A DNA stretch of 64,000 bases from NCBI GenBank assembly GCA_016184225.1, contig JACPDA010000005.1, positions 67,590 to 131,589 of the forward strand, read 5' to 3'. Below are positions 38,978-49,279 of the stretch, piece by piece (within the stretch, counting starts at the first letter, position 1; every line of letters starts with the position of its first letter). The translations under genes were made by a program, and so were the position numbers. The notes below the pieces were generated by a model, which had not been told where the DNA came from, did no database searches, and was given only the letters and a program-made list of their open reading frames with translations. The stretch is from Candidatus Daviesbacteria bacterium. Lineage in GTDB: Bacteria; Patescibacteriota; Microgenomatia; Daviesbacterales; UBA10151.

Positions 38978-40378
38978 ATGAAACTTAAGAATTTCATTTT
39001 TCTTATTGCAACATTCATATCATTTTTGATAGGGGCCCAGGTATCTCCGGCAGTTTTTGGTGCAACGCCCACACAGTATGGCTTTACATTTCCAGTTGGC
39101 GAGCTGAATAACTGTGCAACTGTGGCAGAATGCGGAAATTACTGTGAGAAAGACGGTAATCTTCCGGCGTGCATGGCATTTGTGAAAAAGTACAAAATTA
39201 CCAAAGATGATGTATTAACATTCACTATTGATGAACTGGGTAATTGTCAGATGGGTTCTGATTGCCGCAATTTTTGCAACCGTGACGAAAATATTACCAA
39301 ATGCATTGATTTTGCCGATAAATATGACCTGCTTTCTACCAGCAATCTTGAACTGGCGCAGAAATTTGCCAAAGCAGTTGGTTCCGGAGGTGGGCCGGGG
39401 GGCTGCAGGAGCCTTGAGCAGTGTGACCGCTATTGTGACATAAGTGAACATACCAACGAATGTCTTGACTATGTGGGCAAGAAGGATTTATTACCACGTA
39501 ATGAATTGGCACAAGTTCGCAAAGTGGCAGAGGGTTTTAGACAGGGAATAGAAACCCCGGGTAAGTGTCGTGATTACACGGAGTGCAATGTTTATTGTAC
39601 TGATTCTAGCCACTCTAACGAGTGCGGAGTTTATGCTGTAAAGGTTGGTTTTATCACAACCGAGGAGGCAGAACAGGCCAAAAAATATGGCGGAACCGGT
39701 CCTGGAGGTTGTAAATCAGAGCAAGAATGTAGCGCTTTTTGTCAACAGCCATATAATCAGAGAGTCTGCTTAAGTTATGCAAACGAACATAATATAAAAG
39801 TAGATTTTAAAGGACCCGGCGGTTGTAGTGATATTTCATCCTGCACATCTTACTGTACTAAAAGTAAGTCTGATCCAGAGTGTCAAAAGTACGCTAGTCA
39901 ATACCAAGGATTTAAAGGGCCTGGCGGGTGTGAGGATGAAGCCTCCTGCAAAACTTATTGTCAGGCTAATCCTGCTGATGCGGAATGTAAACAATATGCC
40001 GGTCAATATGGCGGATTTTCCGGACCTGGAGGGTGTAGTGATGTAGGATCTTGTACTGCCTATTGTAAAGATCACTATCAAGATCAAGAATGTCAAAAAT
40101 ACTCAAGCCAGTATGGTGGAGGATTTTCCGGGCCTGGCGGGTGTAATTCAGAAAGCTCATGTAAAGCTTACTGCACTGCCAACTCTGGGGATGCAGCCTG
40201 TAAACAATATGCCGGTCAATATGGCGGATTTTCCGGACCTGGTGGGTGTACGGATGAGGCTTCTTGTACCTCTTACTGTAAGTCAAACCCCAAAGATTCA
40301 GCTTGTGCCCCATATGTTGGCCAGTATAAAGATCAATACCAACAGCAAAATCAGCAACAACAACCTCAACCACAATAG
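38978..40378 (+). CDS. Secreted cysteine-rich repeat protein
   Basis: Signal peptide; repeated GPGGC-x5-C-x3-C-x8-C units; Q-rich tail. Confidence 0.85.
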   Translation: MKLKNFIFLIATFISFLIGAQVSPAVFGATPTQYGFTFPVGELNNCATVAECGNYCEKDGNLPACMAFVKKYKITKDDVLTFTIDELGNCQMGSDCRNFCNRDENITKCIDFADKYDLLSTSNLELAQKFAKAVGSGGGPGGCRSLEQCDRYCDISEHTNECLDYVGKKDLLPRNELAQVRKVAEGFRQGIETPGKCRDYTECNVYCTDSSHSNECGVYAVKVGFITTEEAEQAKKYGGTGPGGCKSEQECSAFCQQPYNQRVCLSYANEHNIKVDFKGPGGCSDISSCTSYCTKSKSDPECQKYASQYQGFKGPGGCEDEASCKTYCQANPADAECKQYAGQYGGFSGPGGCSDVGSCTAYCKDHYQDQECQKYSSQYGGGFSGPGGCNSESSCKAYCTANSGDAACKQYAGQYGGFSGPGGCTDEASCTSYCKSNPKDSACAPYVGQYKDQYQQQNQQQQPQPQ

Positions 40379-40404
40379 TTAATTTCCTGCTATAATTTCC
40401 AAAT

Positions 40405-41529
40405 ATGAGCTTGAAAGTAGGAATAGTTGGACTTCCAAACGTTGGGAAATCAACTCTGTTCAATGCGTTATTAAAAAAGAGAGTTGCATTATCTGCAAAT
40501 TATCCATTTGCTACTGTTGAACCAAATGTCGGGGTGGTGGCTGTTCCGGACGGCAGATTACAAGTGCTAAGTGAGTTAGTGCAAAGGGAAGAGTCAAAGG
40601 AAAACCCGCCGCCGATTGTGCCGGCGGTTGTTGAATTCGTGGATATTGCCGGGTTGGTTAAGGGGGCTTCTACCGGAGCAGGGTTGGGAAACCAGTTCCT
40701 GTCCCATATCCGTGAAGTTGATGCCATTGTCCATGTGCTGCGGGATTTTGAGGATGCCAGTATTATTAGGGAGGGATCTGAAAATCCTGATTCGGATAAA
40801 TTGACTGTTGAAACAGAGTTAGGGTTGGCAGATCTACAAGTAATAGACAAACTGATTGATAATTTGAAGAAGGAAGCAAAACCGGTACCAAATTTACGCA
40901 ATAGCGAAAAAATGGTACCGATTTTGGAAGAGATTAAACGAAATCTTGAGCAAGGAGAGGTAACCAGTAAACTTGAATTGGAAGACCGAGACCTCAAAAA
41001 ATGGTTCGAGACGCTACCGCTGCTGACCATCAAGCCGGTTTTGTATGTCTACAATGTGGATGAGGCAAGGTTACAGGCCTTCGGCTCTGAGGCTCAGGCT
41101 CGAAGAGTTACAGGGGACAGTGGACAGGAAAATTCACTCACAATCTGTGCCAAATTGGAGGAAGAATTAGCAGATCTGGATGAGGCAGAGCGGCTGGAAT
41201 ATCTTAAATCTGTGGGTGTTGAGCAAACAGGACTGGAGCGGCTGATTAAAAAAGCTTACAGTCTTTTGGGTCTAATTTCCTTTTTAACTGCCGGGGTAAA
41301 GGAGGTCAGGGCCTGGACTATTAAGAAAGGAACTCTGGCTCCCCAAGCTGCCGGAGTAATCCACACTGATTTTGAGAGAAAGTTTATCCGGGCTCAGGTG
41401 ATTGAATATGAAAAGTTAATTGAGGCCGGATCTTATGGTCTGGCCAAGCAAAAAGGCTGGATTAGGACTGAAGGGAAGGATTATGAGGTTGAGGATGGTG
41501 ATGTAGTAGAATTTTTAGTAGGCAGTTAG
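40405..41529 (+). CDS. ychF: Redox-regulated ATPase YchF
   Basis: GLPNVGKST, NYPFAT, DIAGLV, AAGVIHTDF. Confidence 0.96.
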   Translation: MSLKVGIVGLPNVGKSTLFNALLKKRVALSANYPFATVEPNVGVVAVPDGRLQVLSELVQREESKENPPPIVPAVVEFVDIAGLVKGASTGAGLGNQFLSHIREVDAIVHVLRDFEDASIIREGSENPDSDKLTVETELGLADLQVIDKLIDNLKKEAKPVPNLRNSEKMVPILEEIKRNLEQGEVTSKLELEDRDLKKWFETLPLLTIKPVLYVYNVDEARLQAFGSEAQARRVTGDSGQENSLTICAKLEEELADLDEAERLEYLKSVGVEQTGLERLIKKAYSLLGLISFLTAGVKEVRAWTIKKGTLAPQAAGVIHTDFERKFIRAQVIEYEKLIEAGSYGLAKQKGWIRTEGKDYEVEDGDVVEFLVGS

Positions 41530-41568
41530 TTTGAAAATACTATAGGTATATAGTAGAATACTACAAAT

Positions 41569-42693
41569 ATGGCAATTGAAATAGATCCATTAGCTTATTT
41601 TAAAGCACTTGGAGAGAGATTTAGCGGGGAGAATTTACTTTCTAGAAGAACTAGGGCAGAACCGGATACAGAATCTAAGGAGATTGTTGATCCGTTGCAG
41701 ACTATTGCCGGCCTTCAAAAAAAAGCAGGTATTATGGTTAAGATGATTGAATCCGGTGAAGTTGAGCAACCTTATATTGAGGAAACGCGTAAGTGGTTTA
41801 GGTTATATGTTAGCAATCTTGTATGGGATGGAGGAGTAGAAGGATTGGATAACTTACAACGTGCCATAACTCAAGCTAGAAGTGAAAAGAAGAGGTTAGT
41901 TTTTACCCCTTCCCATTTGGCTGATGCTGACCATCCAATAGCAACCTACCTGATGGAGTATGAAGGCCGAGGTCTGGGGGTGCAGGATGAATTAGTTTGG
42001 ATGGCAGGAGTTAATATGTTGAGACGCCCGAAAATTGAGAGATATATGCGGGCAGAGAATCTTCTTTATAATGTGACACCCCGCGATACGGATCACCTCC
42101 AAGAGTTGAAAGATCATAAATACAATCTTGATGAGTCACAAATAGATACATTAGAAGAGATTAAAAAGATATTTAATAGAATGAATTTTGCGGCAATGAG
42201 AAGACTTGTAGAAACTTGTATTAAAGGGAAGAATCCTTTAGTAGTTTATATTGAAGGGGGGAGGTCTTATGATCCTGATGGTTTTCTTTATCCTCCTTTA
42301 CTACACTTCTCTGGATTTTTCCCTAAAGATGACAGTGTTATTGTTGTTCCTTACAGAGTTTATGGATCAAGGGAATTAAATCCACCTGGCAAAGAACCTC
42401 CATTCCTAAGAAAAGAACTAATACCAGGGTTTAGACAAAGGGTTAGTATGATAGTCGGCGAATCTTATCCGTCTTCTGAAATTTGGGAGGTTCAGAAACA
42501 AAGAGAAGCAGAAGCTACAGTGGTGGATGGAAAGAAAGTTGAAATAAATCCAATGGATTGGGTAATGGCAAATATTGCCAACCTTGATCCATCGTATGTA
42601 AGACCGGAAGAGCAACGTTATTATGGGGATCTTATGAAGAGGTTTGCTCCTTTGCGCAATAGAATAGTGATCCCGGATGAAGTAGCCACATAA
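41569..42693 (+). CDS. Acyltransferase-like protein (GPAT/PlsC fold)
   Basis: PSHLADAD (H-x4-D), YIEGGRS, VIVVP. Confidence 0.55.
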   Translation: MAIEIDPLAYFKALGERFSGENLLSRRTRAEPDTESKEIVDPLQTIAGLQKKAGIMVKMIESGEVEQPYIEETRKWFRLYVSNLVWDGGVEGLDNLQRAITQARSEKKRLVFTPSHLADADHPIATYLMEYEGRGLGVQDELVWMAGVNMLRRPKIERYMRAENLLYNVTPRDTDHLQELKDHKYNLDESQIDTLEEIKKIFNRMNFAAMRRLVETCIKGKNPLVVYIEGGRSYDPDGFLYPPLLHFSGFFPKDDSVIVVPYRVYGSRELNPPGKEPPFLRKELIPGFRQRVSMIVGESYPSSEIWEVQKQREAEATVVDGKKVEINPMDWVMANIANLDPSYVRPEEQRYYGDLMKRFAPLRNRIVIPDEVAT

Positions 42694-42734
42694 GCTATTG
42701 AATTATCCGAACCTTCCTAGTACAATTACCCGAG

Positions 42735-43016
42735 ATGAATTCATATTATTTAACTTTAGTTTTAAGACCTGATTTGGAAGAAAAAGAGAGAAAGGTACTC
42801 CTAGATTCCATTAGCAAAAAGGTCAGTGGAACTGAAGGCAAGATTGAAAAGGAAGACCTTTGGGGGGTACGTACTTTAACCTATCCAATTAAGAGAAATA
42901 CCTCGGGTTACTTTGCCCACTTTGAAATCTCCGGCGATCCAAAGAATGTAAAAGGTCTTGACAAAAGTTTGAAAGTAGAAGAAGATATCTTACGTTATCT
43001 TCTAATTCGAAAATAG
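42735..43016 (+). CDS. rpsF: 30S ribosomal protein S6
   Basis: WG.R.L.YPI, ILRYL; precedes ssb. Confidence 0.93.
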   Translation: MNSYYLTLVLRPDLEEKERKVLLDSISKKVSGTEGKIEKEDLWGVRTLTYPIKRNTSGYFAHFEISGDPKNVKGLDKSLKVEEDILRYLLIRK

Positions 43017-43020
43017 AAAA

Positions 43021-43581
43021 ATGGCCTCAAGATCTTGGAATAGAGTAGAACTAATAGGTAATTTAACCAGGGACCCGGAACTTCGATATACCCCTAATGG
43101 TGCTGCTGTTTGTACTTTTGGCATGGCCACCAACCGCACTTATGTGACTGAGGGCGAGAGAAAAGAAGAAGCAGATTTTCACAGATTAGTGGCCTGGAAT
43201 AAACTGGCTGAACTTTGTAATCAACTTTTGAAAAAGGGCAACCGGGTTTTTGTTTCCGGAAGGCTGCAGACCCGGTCCTGGGAAGGCCAAGATGGTCAAA
43301 CCAGAAACGTTACGGAGATTGTGATAGAGGATATGATTTTGCTGACTCCTAAAAGTAACGGAGATTATACACCGGTACCGGAAGATGTGGGGGTAGAGCC
43401 GGTTAAAGTAAAAGAGTCGAAGGAGTCAGAGGAGCCGGAAGAATCAAAGGCAGAGAAAAAGACAGAAATTCAAAAAGAAGAGCCTAAAGAAAAAGAAGAA
43501 CCAAAGACAGAATCCTTCGACTCCGCTCAGGACAAGAAAGCCGCCCCCAAAGAAGAAGTAGAGGATGATCTTCCATTCTAA
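43021..43581 (+). CDS. ssb: Single-stranded DNA-binding protein
   Basis: GNLTRDPELRYT, C-terminal DDLPF. Confidence 0.96.
   Translation: MASRSWNRVELIGNLTRDPELRYTPNGAAVCTFGMATNRTYVTEGERKEEADFHRLVAWNKLAELCNQLLKKGNRVFVSGRLQTRSWEGQDGQTRNVTEIVIEDMILLTPKSNGDYTPVPEDVGVEPVKVKESKESEEPEESKAEKKTEIQKEEPKEKEEPKTESFDSAQDKKAAPKEEVEDDLPF
43513..43532. repeat. TCCTTCGACTCCGCTCAGGA element in the ssb linker
   Basis: Same family as 27354 and 2041. Confidence 0.7.
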
Positions 43582-43705
43582 TTTTTTGGACTAATTCGGT
43601 ATGTGCCTTGGACTGTTATAGAGAACATCTGCCGAATTGTCCACTACGACCTTAATCCCGCAATCTATTGATGTAAAAGAGAATTTAATATATAATCTTA
43701 CGATT

Positions 43706-44014
43706 ATGGCCGAGAAAAAAATCACCAGAAAAGTAATATCCAAAGCTCCTTCGGAAGAAGTAGCAAAGGAAGAGGCAATAAATGTATCAAAGACAGAGGA
43801 GGCAGGCAGGCCTAAAAGGGTTTGCTTTTTTTGTAATGGCAAAACAAGTCCTTCTTATACAGACATCAATACTCTGCGCCGTTTTACAACAGATAGAGCT
43901 AAGATTGTAGCCCGGGCAAAAAGTAATCTTTGTAGCAGTCACCAGCGGGCGGTTACAAGACAGATCAAATATGCCCGCCATCTGGCCCTGCTTCCTTTTG
44001 TACCCAAGGTTTAG
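43706..44014 (+). CDS. rpsR: 30S ribosomal protein S18 with N-terminal extension
   Basis: CFFC, HQR, IKYARHLALLPF; start 43706 after TTGATG-17-TATAAT. Confidence 0.92.
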   Translation: MAEKKITRKVISKAPSEEVAKEEAINVSKTEEAGRPKRVCFFCNGKTSPSYTDINTLRRFTTDRAKIVARAKSNLCSSHQRAVTRQIKYARHLALLPFVPKV

Positions 44015-44024
44015 TACTATAGAA

Positions 44025-44099
44025 TAGTGACTAGTCGCTAGAGTCTAGAGTCAAGTAATTATTTTCTAGACTCTAGATTCTAGACACTTGACTCTAACT
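44025..44099. repeat. Inverted heptamer arrays (TAGAGTC / TCTAGAC) without an enclosed gene
   Basis: About 5 degenerate units on each side of a short spacer. Confidence 0.75.
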
Positions 44100-44768
44100 A
44101 TGCCCAAACTGCCCGGACTTTTTGACAGCTTTGATAACCTGGATCAAATTTCACCGGAGGATATAGCTCTAGGTTTAAAACCCATACCCCAAGCTAACCT
44201 CTTAGAAAATTACCTGGGAAATAGGATTTTATACCCGGGGACTCTTCCTTTAACCGAGCAGGATATGAAAATAGACTTAAGTATTCTGCGGGAGGCCTTA
44301 AAACAAACCAATCCAAAACCTCCACACCAGAAGCTGAATGCTTTACTTGGGGATAACCCTTTTCTCAATACGACACTTAGGAAAGTACTTATACCTGTAA
44401 GATTCCTTGATTTCGTTCCGGATCTTAAGAGTTTAGTGCTTACTTTCATTGATGCGCTGCTTTTGGGACGCGAAAGACAAGACTTTTTTGAGGATTTATG
44501 GACCATTGTTTTAACCGATGATATTGATGAGGTAGCCGGTTCACTGCTTCTGCCGCAATTTGATGGTAGCAGCGGAGTAATGAATCTAAGGTTACAGGGA
44601 GAGAGATACGAGATTAATCAGGGAAGCTTCAAGATTATATCTTGTCCGAAAGAGCGGTGCGAGATAGCGTATAAGCTTCAAAAAGGCCGGATGCTGGGAA
44701 AACAAGAGAGTGCAGTTGAAATTTATGGAGGAAAGCTAGGGTTGGTGGTTGACGGGAGATCAGTATGA
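44100..44768 (+). CDS. Hypothetical protein (possible GlmL C-terminal-like)
   Basis: ORF coupled to the next gene; ends GGKLGLVVDGR. Confidence 0.6.
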   Translation: MPKLPGLFDSFDNLDQISPEDIALGLKPIPQANLLENYLGNRILYPGTLPLTEQDMKIDLSILREALKQTNPKPPHQKLNALLGDNPFLNTTLRKVLIPVRFLDFVPDLKSLVLTFIDALLLGRERQDFFEDLWTIVLTDDIDEVAGSLLLPQFDGSSGVMNLRLQGERYEINQGSFKIISCPKERCEIAYKLQKGRMLGKQESAVEIYGGKLGLVVDGRSV

Positions 44769-45907
44769 AGCATTTTGCTCCTGCAAGAATGCGGGTAGAA
44801 AGGGATGTAGTCACCAGGGTGACAAGGGTTTTGAAGGGGAAAGGCAAACTTAATATAAACGTAGGCCAGCAAGTTACACCACCGGAAATTATAGGCGAGG
44901 CCAGGATTTCTTCCGGATTTAGGACCTTAAATCTTTCCGAGTTGCTTTCTGTTTCCCCCCGTGATGTTGACAAGTTCCTTGTCGGAAAGCTGCATCAGCG
45001 AATATATAAAGGCGAGCTTTTGGCTTTTAAAAAAGAATGGCTCGGCGGTAAAAAGGTGGTAACGGCACCTACGGATGGCGTGTTAGATTTTTTAAATACA
45101 GAAACCGGGGAGCTTAAGATTGCCTTCCTGCCGAAAAATGCCAAACTGCCCGCAGGGGTTTACGGAATCGTGGAGGAGGTTGACGAAGAGCGGGGGCAAG
45201 CGGTAATCCGGACCGAAGTTACCAGGATATACGGCATGTTTGGTTCAGGGCATAGTCGTGACGGCACCTTGCATATTTTAAGGAAAAACGATGACTTAAT
45301 TGGAAAAAGCGAAATACAAACAGGCTACGAGGGGTATGTGCTGGTTGGGGGCAGTTTATTTTTTAAAGATACAATTTCAGCCGCTATCTCAGACGGGGTC
45401 AGCGGCATTATTATAGGGGGAATAGATGCCGGAGATTACAGAGGAATGGCCGGCGGGCGTTTAGTCTTTCCCAGAAAACTGGATAATGATATAGGCATCT
45501 CGGTTGTAGTTTGTGAGGGATTTGGTTCAATACCTATAGGTGATGATATTTTTAAAGTTTTATCTGAATATGATGGGAAATTTGTTTTTATTGATGGGAA
45601 TAAAGCAGTTGTTAGCCTTCCTTCACCGCACTCATCCAGTCTGGTAAGGATCAAAAATACTAAGTTGCCAAGTTTGCAATCTTTCGGCTTAAAAATAGGG
45701 AGGGAGCGTGAAGAAGCCTTAGAGCTAAAAATTGGCTTAAGGGTGAGGGTAGTGGGCAACTCTTATCAAGGGGAACAGGGGAAACTGGTAGCAATTGATG
45801 ACTCTTTGACACTTTTGCCATCCGGCCTCCGTACCTACCTTGCTACAATAGAGACAGCAAGGAGAAAACTTCAGATCCCAGTTGCTAATCTGGAAATAAT
45901 AGGGTAA
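44765..45907 (+). CDS. Conserved hypothetical protein (barrel-hybrid repeats, C-terminal KOW-like)
   Basis: V..GQ.V, APTDG, GIIIGG, EGFG, PVANLE. Confidence 0.7.
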   Translation: MKHFAPARMRVERDVVTRVTRVLKGKGKLNINVGQQVTPPEIIGEARISSGFRTLNLSELLSVSPRDVDKFLVGKLHQRIYKGELLAFKKEWLGGKKVVTAPTDGVLDFLNTETGELKIAFLPKNAKLPAGVYGIVEEVDEERGQAVIRTEVTRIYGMFGSGHSRDGTLHILRKNDDLIGKSEIQTGYEGYVLVGGSLFFKDTISAAISDGVSGIIIGGIDAGDYRGMAGGRLVFPRKLDNDIGISVVVCEGFGSIPIGDDIFKVLSEYDGKFVFIDGNKAVVSLPSPHSSSLVRIKNTKLPSLQSFGLKIGREREEALELKIGLRVRVVGNSYQGEQGKLVAIDDSLTLLPSGLRTYLATIETARRKLQIPVANLEIIG

Positions 45908-45919
45908 AGTTTACTTTTT

Positions 45920-47140
45920 ATGAGAGTTTTCTTTCAAAATATCAACGCAAAGTTAGTTCTAATCGTAATACTTTCTTTCCTGTTGGGCTGGCAGGTAGCC
46001 CATCGGGAAGTGCAAATCAGATGGGCTACTTACAAGCCTACTGTTTCGGTAAAAAATAAAATTCCCCCTGAGAATATTAAGGTGGATTTCAAATTATTTT
46101 GGGATACATGGGACCTGCTATCCCGTTCTTACTTCGATAAGAAGACCATTGATCCTAATAAGTTATTTTACGGGGCTATTTCAGGCATGGTCGCTGCTTT
46201 GGGAGACCCTTATACGGTATTTTTGCCACCGGAACAACAAAAGTTCTCCCAGGATGAGTTAAACGGCAGTTTTGAGGGTGTAGGTATTCAACTTGGATTC
46301 AATAAGGATAAAAGACTGGTAGTGATAGCTCCGCTTTCAGGAACTCCTGCAGAAAAAGCCGGAATTAAACCGGAGGATGAGATTGTCAAAATTGAAGATA
46401 AAGATACTACCAATATGACGCTTCCGGAGGCAGTGGGATTAATAAGAGGTGCTAAAGGGACACAAGTTACGTTGACCATTTTTAGGGAAGGAGATTCGGA
46501 TACAAGAGAGATTAGTCTGATGCGGGATACCATTATTGTCAAAAGCGTGGAAGTTTCTTTCAAAAATACCCAGTCGGATAAAAAGGTGGCAGTGGTGAAG
46601 CTGTCGAGGTTTGGGGAAAGAACCCAGGATGAGTGGAATAAAGCAGTTAACAGCCTGATTTTAGCTAATTCAAAGGCTTTGGTTTTGGACTTAAGGAATA
46701 ATCCCGGCGGGTTTTTGGAGGGGGCCGTATTTATTGCATCGGAATTTTTAGAAGGAGAAGAGGTAGTTTTACAAGAAAATAGTGACGGGGAAAGAGCTTC
46801 TTTTAAAGTTACGAGAGCAGGAAAGTTGACGGAAATTCCGCTTGTGGTATTGATTAATAAAGGTTCTGCCTCTGCCTCAGAGATTGTGGCAGGTGCGCTG
46901 CAGGATAGAAGAAGAGGTCAACTGGTGGGAGAAAAATCATTTGGCAAAGGCACCATTCAGGAAGCACAAAATCTCTCGGGCGGAACAGGGATCCATATTA
47001 CTGTGGCAAAGTGGTTGACCCCCAGCGGCAGATGGGTTAATGATACTCAAGGTTTTGAACCTGATGTTAAAATAGAAGGCGACAAAGATGATGTAACTAA
47101 AGATCCACAGTTGGATAAGGCAATGGAACTGCTGGAGTGA
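45920..47140 (+). CDS. ctpA: S41 carboxyl-terminal protease
   Basis: DPYT, PDZ, DLRNNPGG, SASASEI, FGKG. Confidence 0.93.
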   Translation: MRVFFQNINAKLVLIVILSFLLGWQVAHREVQIRWATYKPTVSVKNKIPPENIKVDFKLFWDTWDLLSRSYFDKKTIDPNKLFYGAISGMVAALGDPYTVFLPPEQQKFSQDELNGSFEGVGIQLGFNKDKRLVVIAPLSGTPAEKAGIKPEDEIVKIEDKDTTNMTLPEAVGLIRGAKGTQVTLTIFREGDSDTREISLMRDTIIVKSVEVSFKNTQSDKKVAVVKLSRFGERTQDEWNKAVNSLILANSKALVLDLRNNPGGFLEGAVFIASEFLEGEEVVLQENSDGERASFKVTRAGKLTEIPLVVLINKGSASASEIVAGALQDRRRGQLVGEKSFGKGTIQEAQNLSGGTGIHITVAKWLTPSGRWVNDTQGFEPDVKIEGDKDDVTKDPQLDKAMELLE

Positions 47141-47146
47141 AACGCT

Positions 47147-48271
47147 ATGGATAATTCGAAATTACCAAAACTTAATACTGCCGGCATAGTTGTAGCGATA
47201 CTGCTGGGAGTAGTGGTGGCTGTAGGGGTGTATCAAGCTCAAGCGAGGGGTTTGATACCAGCATTTCCTGGGAACTTCCCTAAACTGGAAACCAGGGAAA
47301 CTAGGACAGTTATCCAAGAAGAGAATGCAGTTGTTTCCACAGTTGAAAAAGTCTCCCCTTCTGTGGTGGCAATTGGCGCCACTATCAGAACTTTTAATCC
47401 TTTTGATCCTTTTTCGCTGCCACGGAGCCAAAATAGTACTATCGGTACAGGTTTTGTTGTATCAGAGAAAGGGATTATTGTAACCAATAAGCATGTGGTG
47501 GATGATCCTGATATTAAATACAATGTAGTTACAAAAGACGGTCAAAAGTATGAAATCAGGAAAATTTACCGGGATCCGGTTTTGGACTTGGCGATTGTCC
47601 AAGTGGATGCAGGCGACTTAAAGGCTTTGGAGCTTGGCGATTCTTCCAAGCTTAAGGTTGGTCAAACAGTCATAGCTATTGGGAATGCTTTGGGCAGGCT
47701 TACCAACACTGTTACAACAGGTGTTGTATCAGGAGTGGGCAGAAGGGTAGTGACCGGGGATCCTTTCTCGGGAACAGCCGAGAGTTTAGATGATTTGATC
47801 CAAACAGATGCGGCTATTAATCCGGGTAATTCGGGAGGGCCGCTTTTAAATTCCGCCGGTCAGGTGATTGGAGTGAATGTTGCTGTGACAGAGGGGGCGC
47901 AAAATATCGGCTTTGCCATCCCGATCAATTCGGTGAAGAAAATTACCGATGAATTTATCCAAACAGGCTCAGTTTCCCGGCCATTTTTGGGTATTTCTTA
48001 CAGGTTTATTTCTAAAGATGTAGCCATTATGAATGAAGTTCCTCAAGGAGCTTATATCCAGGAGGTAGTGGTAAACTCATCTGCCGATAAAGCCGGAATA
48101 AGAGTTGGGGATATTATTACTAAAGTGGACGGCCAATCGGTTGATTCTGAAACCAAAATCTCTCAAGTGATTGGGAGTAAAAAAATGGGGGGTAATTTAA
48201 ATTTGACTGTTTGGAATGACGGAAAAGAAAGAAGTGTAACTGCCACTTTACAAGAGCTGCCAAATCAGTAA
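47147..48271 (+). CDS. htrA: HtrA/DegP-like serine protease
   Basis: TNKHV, QTDAAINPGNSGGP, PDZ. Confidence 0.93.
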   Translation: MDNSKLPKLNTAGIVVAILLGVVVAVGVYQAQARGLIPAFPGNFPKLETRETRTVIQEENAVVSTVEKVSPSVVAIGATIRTFNPFDPFSLPRSQNSTIGTGFVVSEKGIIVTNKHVVDDPDIKYNVVTKDGQKYEIRKIYRDPVLDLAIVQVDAGDLKALELGDSSKLKVGQTVIAIGNALGRLTNTVTTGVVSGVGRRVVTGDPFSGTAESLDDLIQTDAAINPGNSGGPLLNSAGQVIGVNVAVTEGAQNIGFAIPINSVKKITDEFIQTGSVSRPFLGISYRFISKDVAIMNEVPQGAYIQEVVVNSSADKAGIRVGDIITKVDGQSVDSETKISQVIGSKKMGGNLNLTVWNDGKERSVTATLQELPNQ

Positions 48272-48300
48272 TAATTCATTTAAAGAAAGGAGGGAAAATA

Positions 48301-48552
48301 ATGGTAACTAAAGAAAATGGGGAAAAATTGGAAAGGGTTATTTCTTTAAAGGAGACATTAGGGGCAGAATTAAATAGAATTAAAAGGGAGAAGGAAATGG
48401 GCGTACCATTGGAAGATTCCTTTGAAAGCTTACTGAGAGTAGTTGAAGTATTAGTTGGGCAGATCAAAGACGAAAATCCATTTGGTCAAATATCGAAGGT
48501 AGACCCACTGAAGCCGCGGGTTGGTGGGTTCATACCGCCGGAACATCATTGA
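48301..48552 (+). CDS. Hypothetical small protein
   Basis: Strong SD AAGGAGG upstream; 83 aa. Confidence 0.5.
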   Translation: MVTKENGEKLERVISLKETLGAELNRIKREKEMGVPLEDSFESLLRVVEVLVGQIKDENPFGQISKVDPLKPRVGGFIPPEHH

Positions 48553-49279
48553 TAATAAGTACCCTTTGTTTTTTGGCAAGGTCGGTTTTGACCTCTACTT
48601 TTGCTTGGGGAAAATATTTTTGGGCTTCATTTGCTGCCAGTTCTCCGTGGGTATAGTCAATTTCTCCGATAATCAATTTAGGTTTCCAACCTACACTCCA
48701 GGAGTGTAAGTTCGAATTCACTCCTGGAGTGGAAAGCTGTTTGATCTGTTGGAAAAGTTTCCGGTAAAGTTCAAAGCCATCTTCTCCGCCGTCCAAGGCA
48801 ACATGTGGTTCAAAGTCTTTGACTGAAGAGTCTAAATAAGGAATCCTGGCAGAAGGGATGTAAGGTAAGTTAGTGACAATGACTAGGTTACAGGTTTCAG
48901 GGTACAGGTTACAGTTTAACCCGGAAAGCAAATTACTTTTTAAAAAAGTGATTTTATCTTCAACTCCATGGAGTTTGGCATTTTGTCTGGCTACTTTTAA
49001 AGCTTTCTGGGAAATATCTGAAGCAATAATAGTTACGTTTACACCCTTGGGGTGGAGGCTTAGGTTTTTGGCAATGGAAATGGCAATGTTGCCGGAGCCG
49101 GTGCCAAGGTCTAAAATGAGGTTACAGGTTTCAGGGTACAGGTTACAATAATTTAAAACTTCATCTACTAAAAGTTCTGTTTCCGGGCGGGGGATTAGAA
49201 CATCAGGAGTGACTTTGAAACGTAATTTGTAAAATTCAACCCAACCTTTAATGTACCCAGAGGGCTTTGATGATGTCAT
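48530..49279 (-). CDS. prmC: Release factor glutamine methyltransferase (short N-terminus)
   Basis: [27 protein letters not shown]; follows prfA. Confidence 0.9.
   Translation of the reverse strand: MTSSKPSGYIKGWVEFYKLRFKVTPDVLIPRPETELLVDEVLNYCNLYPETCNLILDLGTGSGNIAISIAKNLSLHPKGVNVTIIASDISQKALKVARQNAKLHGVEDKITFLKSNLLSGLNCNLYPETCNLVIVTNLPYIPSARIPYLDSSVKDFEPHVALDGGEDGFELYRKLFQQIKQLSTPGVNSNLHSWSVGWKPKLIIGEIDYTHGELAANEAQKYFPQAKVEVKTDLAKKQRVLIINDVPAV
48692..48731. repeat. Paired CACTCCWGGAGTG palindromes in prmC
   Basis: TACACTCCAGGAGTGTA and CACTCCTGGAGTG. Confidence 0.7.
48885..49147. repeat. Two exact 29 bp heptamer-array copies in prmC
   Basis: AGGTTACAGGTTTCAGGGTACAGGTTACA at 48885-48913 and 49119-49147 ([10 protein letters not shown] twice). 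Confidence 0.85.

Noticed and set aside
39986-40242. 44 bp exact repeat as a mobile element or DGR repeat
   Set aside because: Explained by in-frame duplication of protein modules in the Cys-rich protein.
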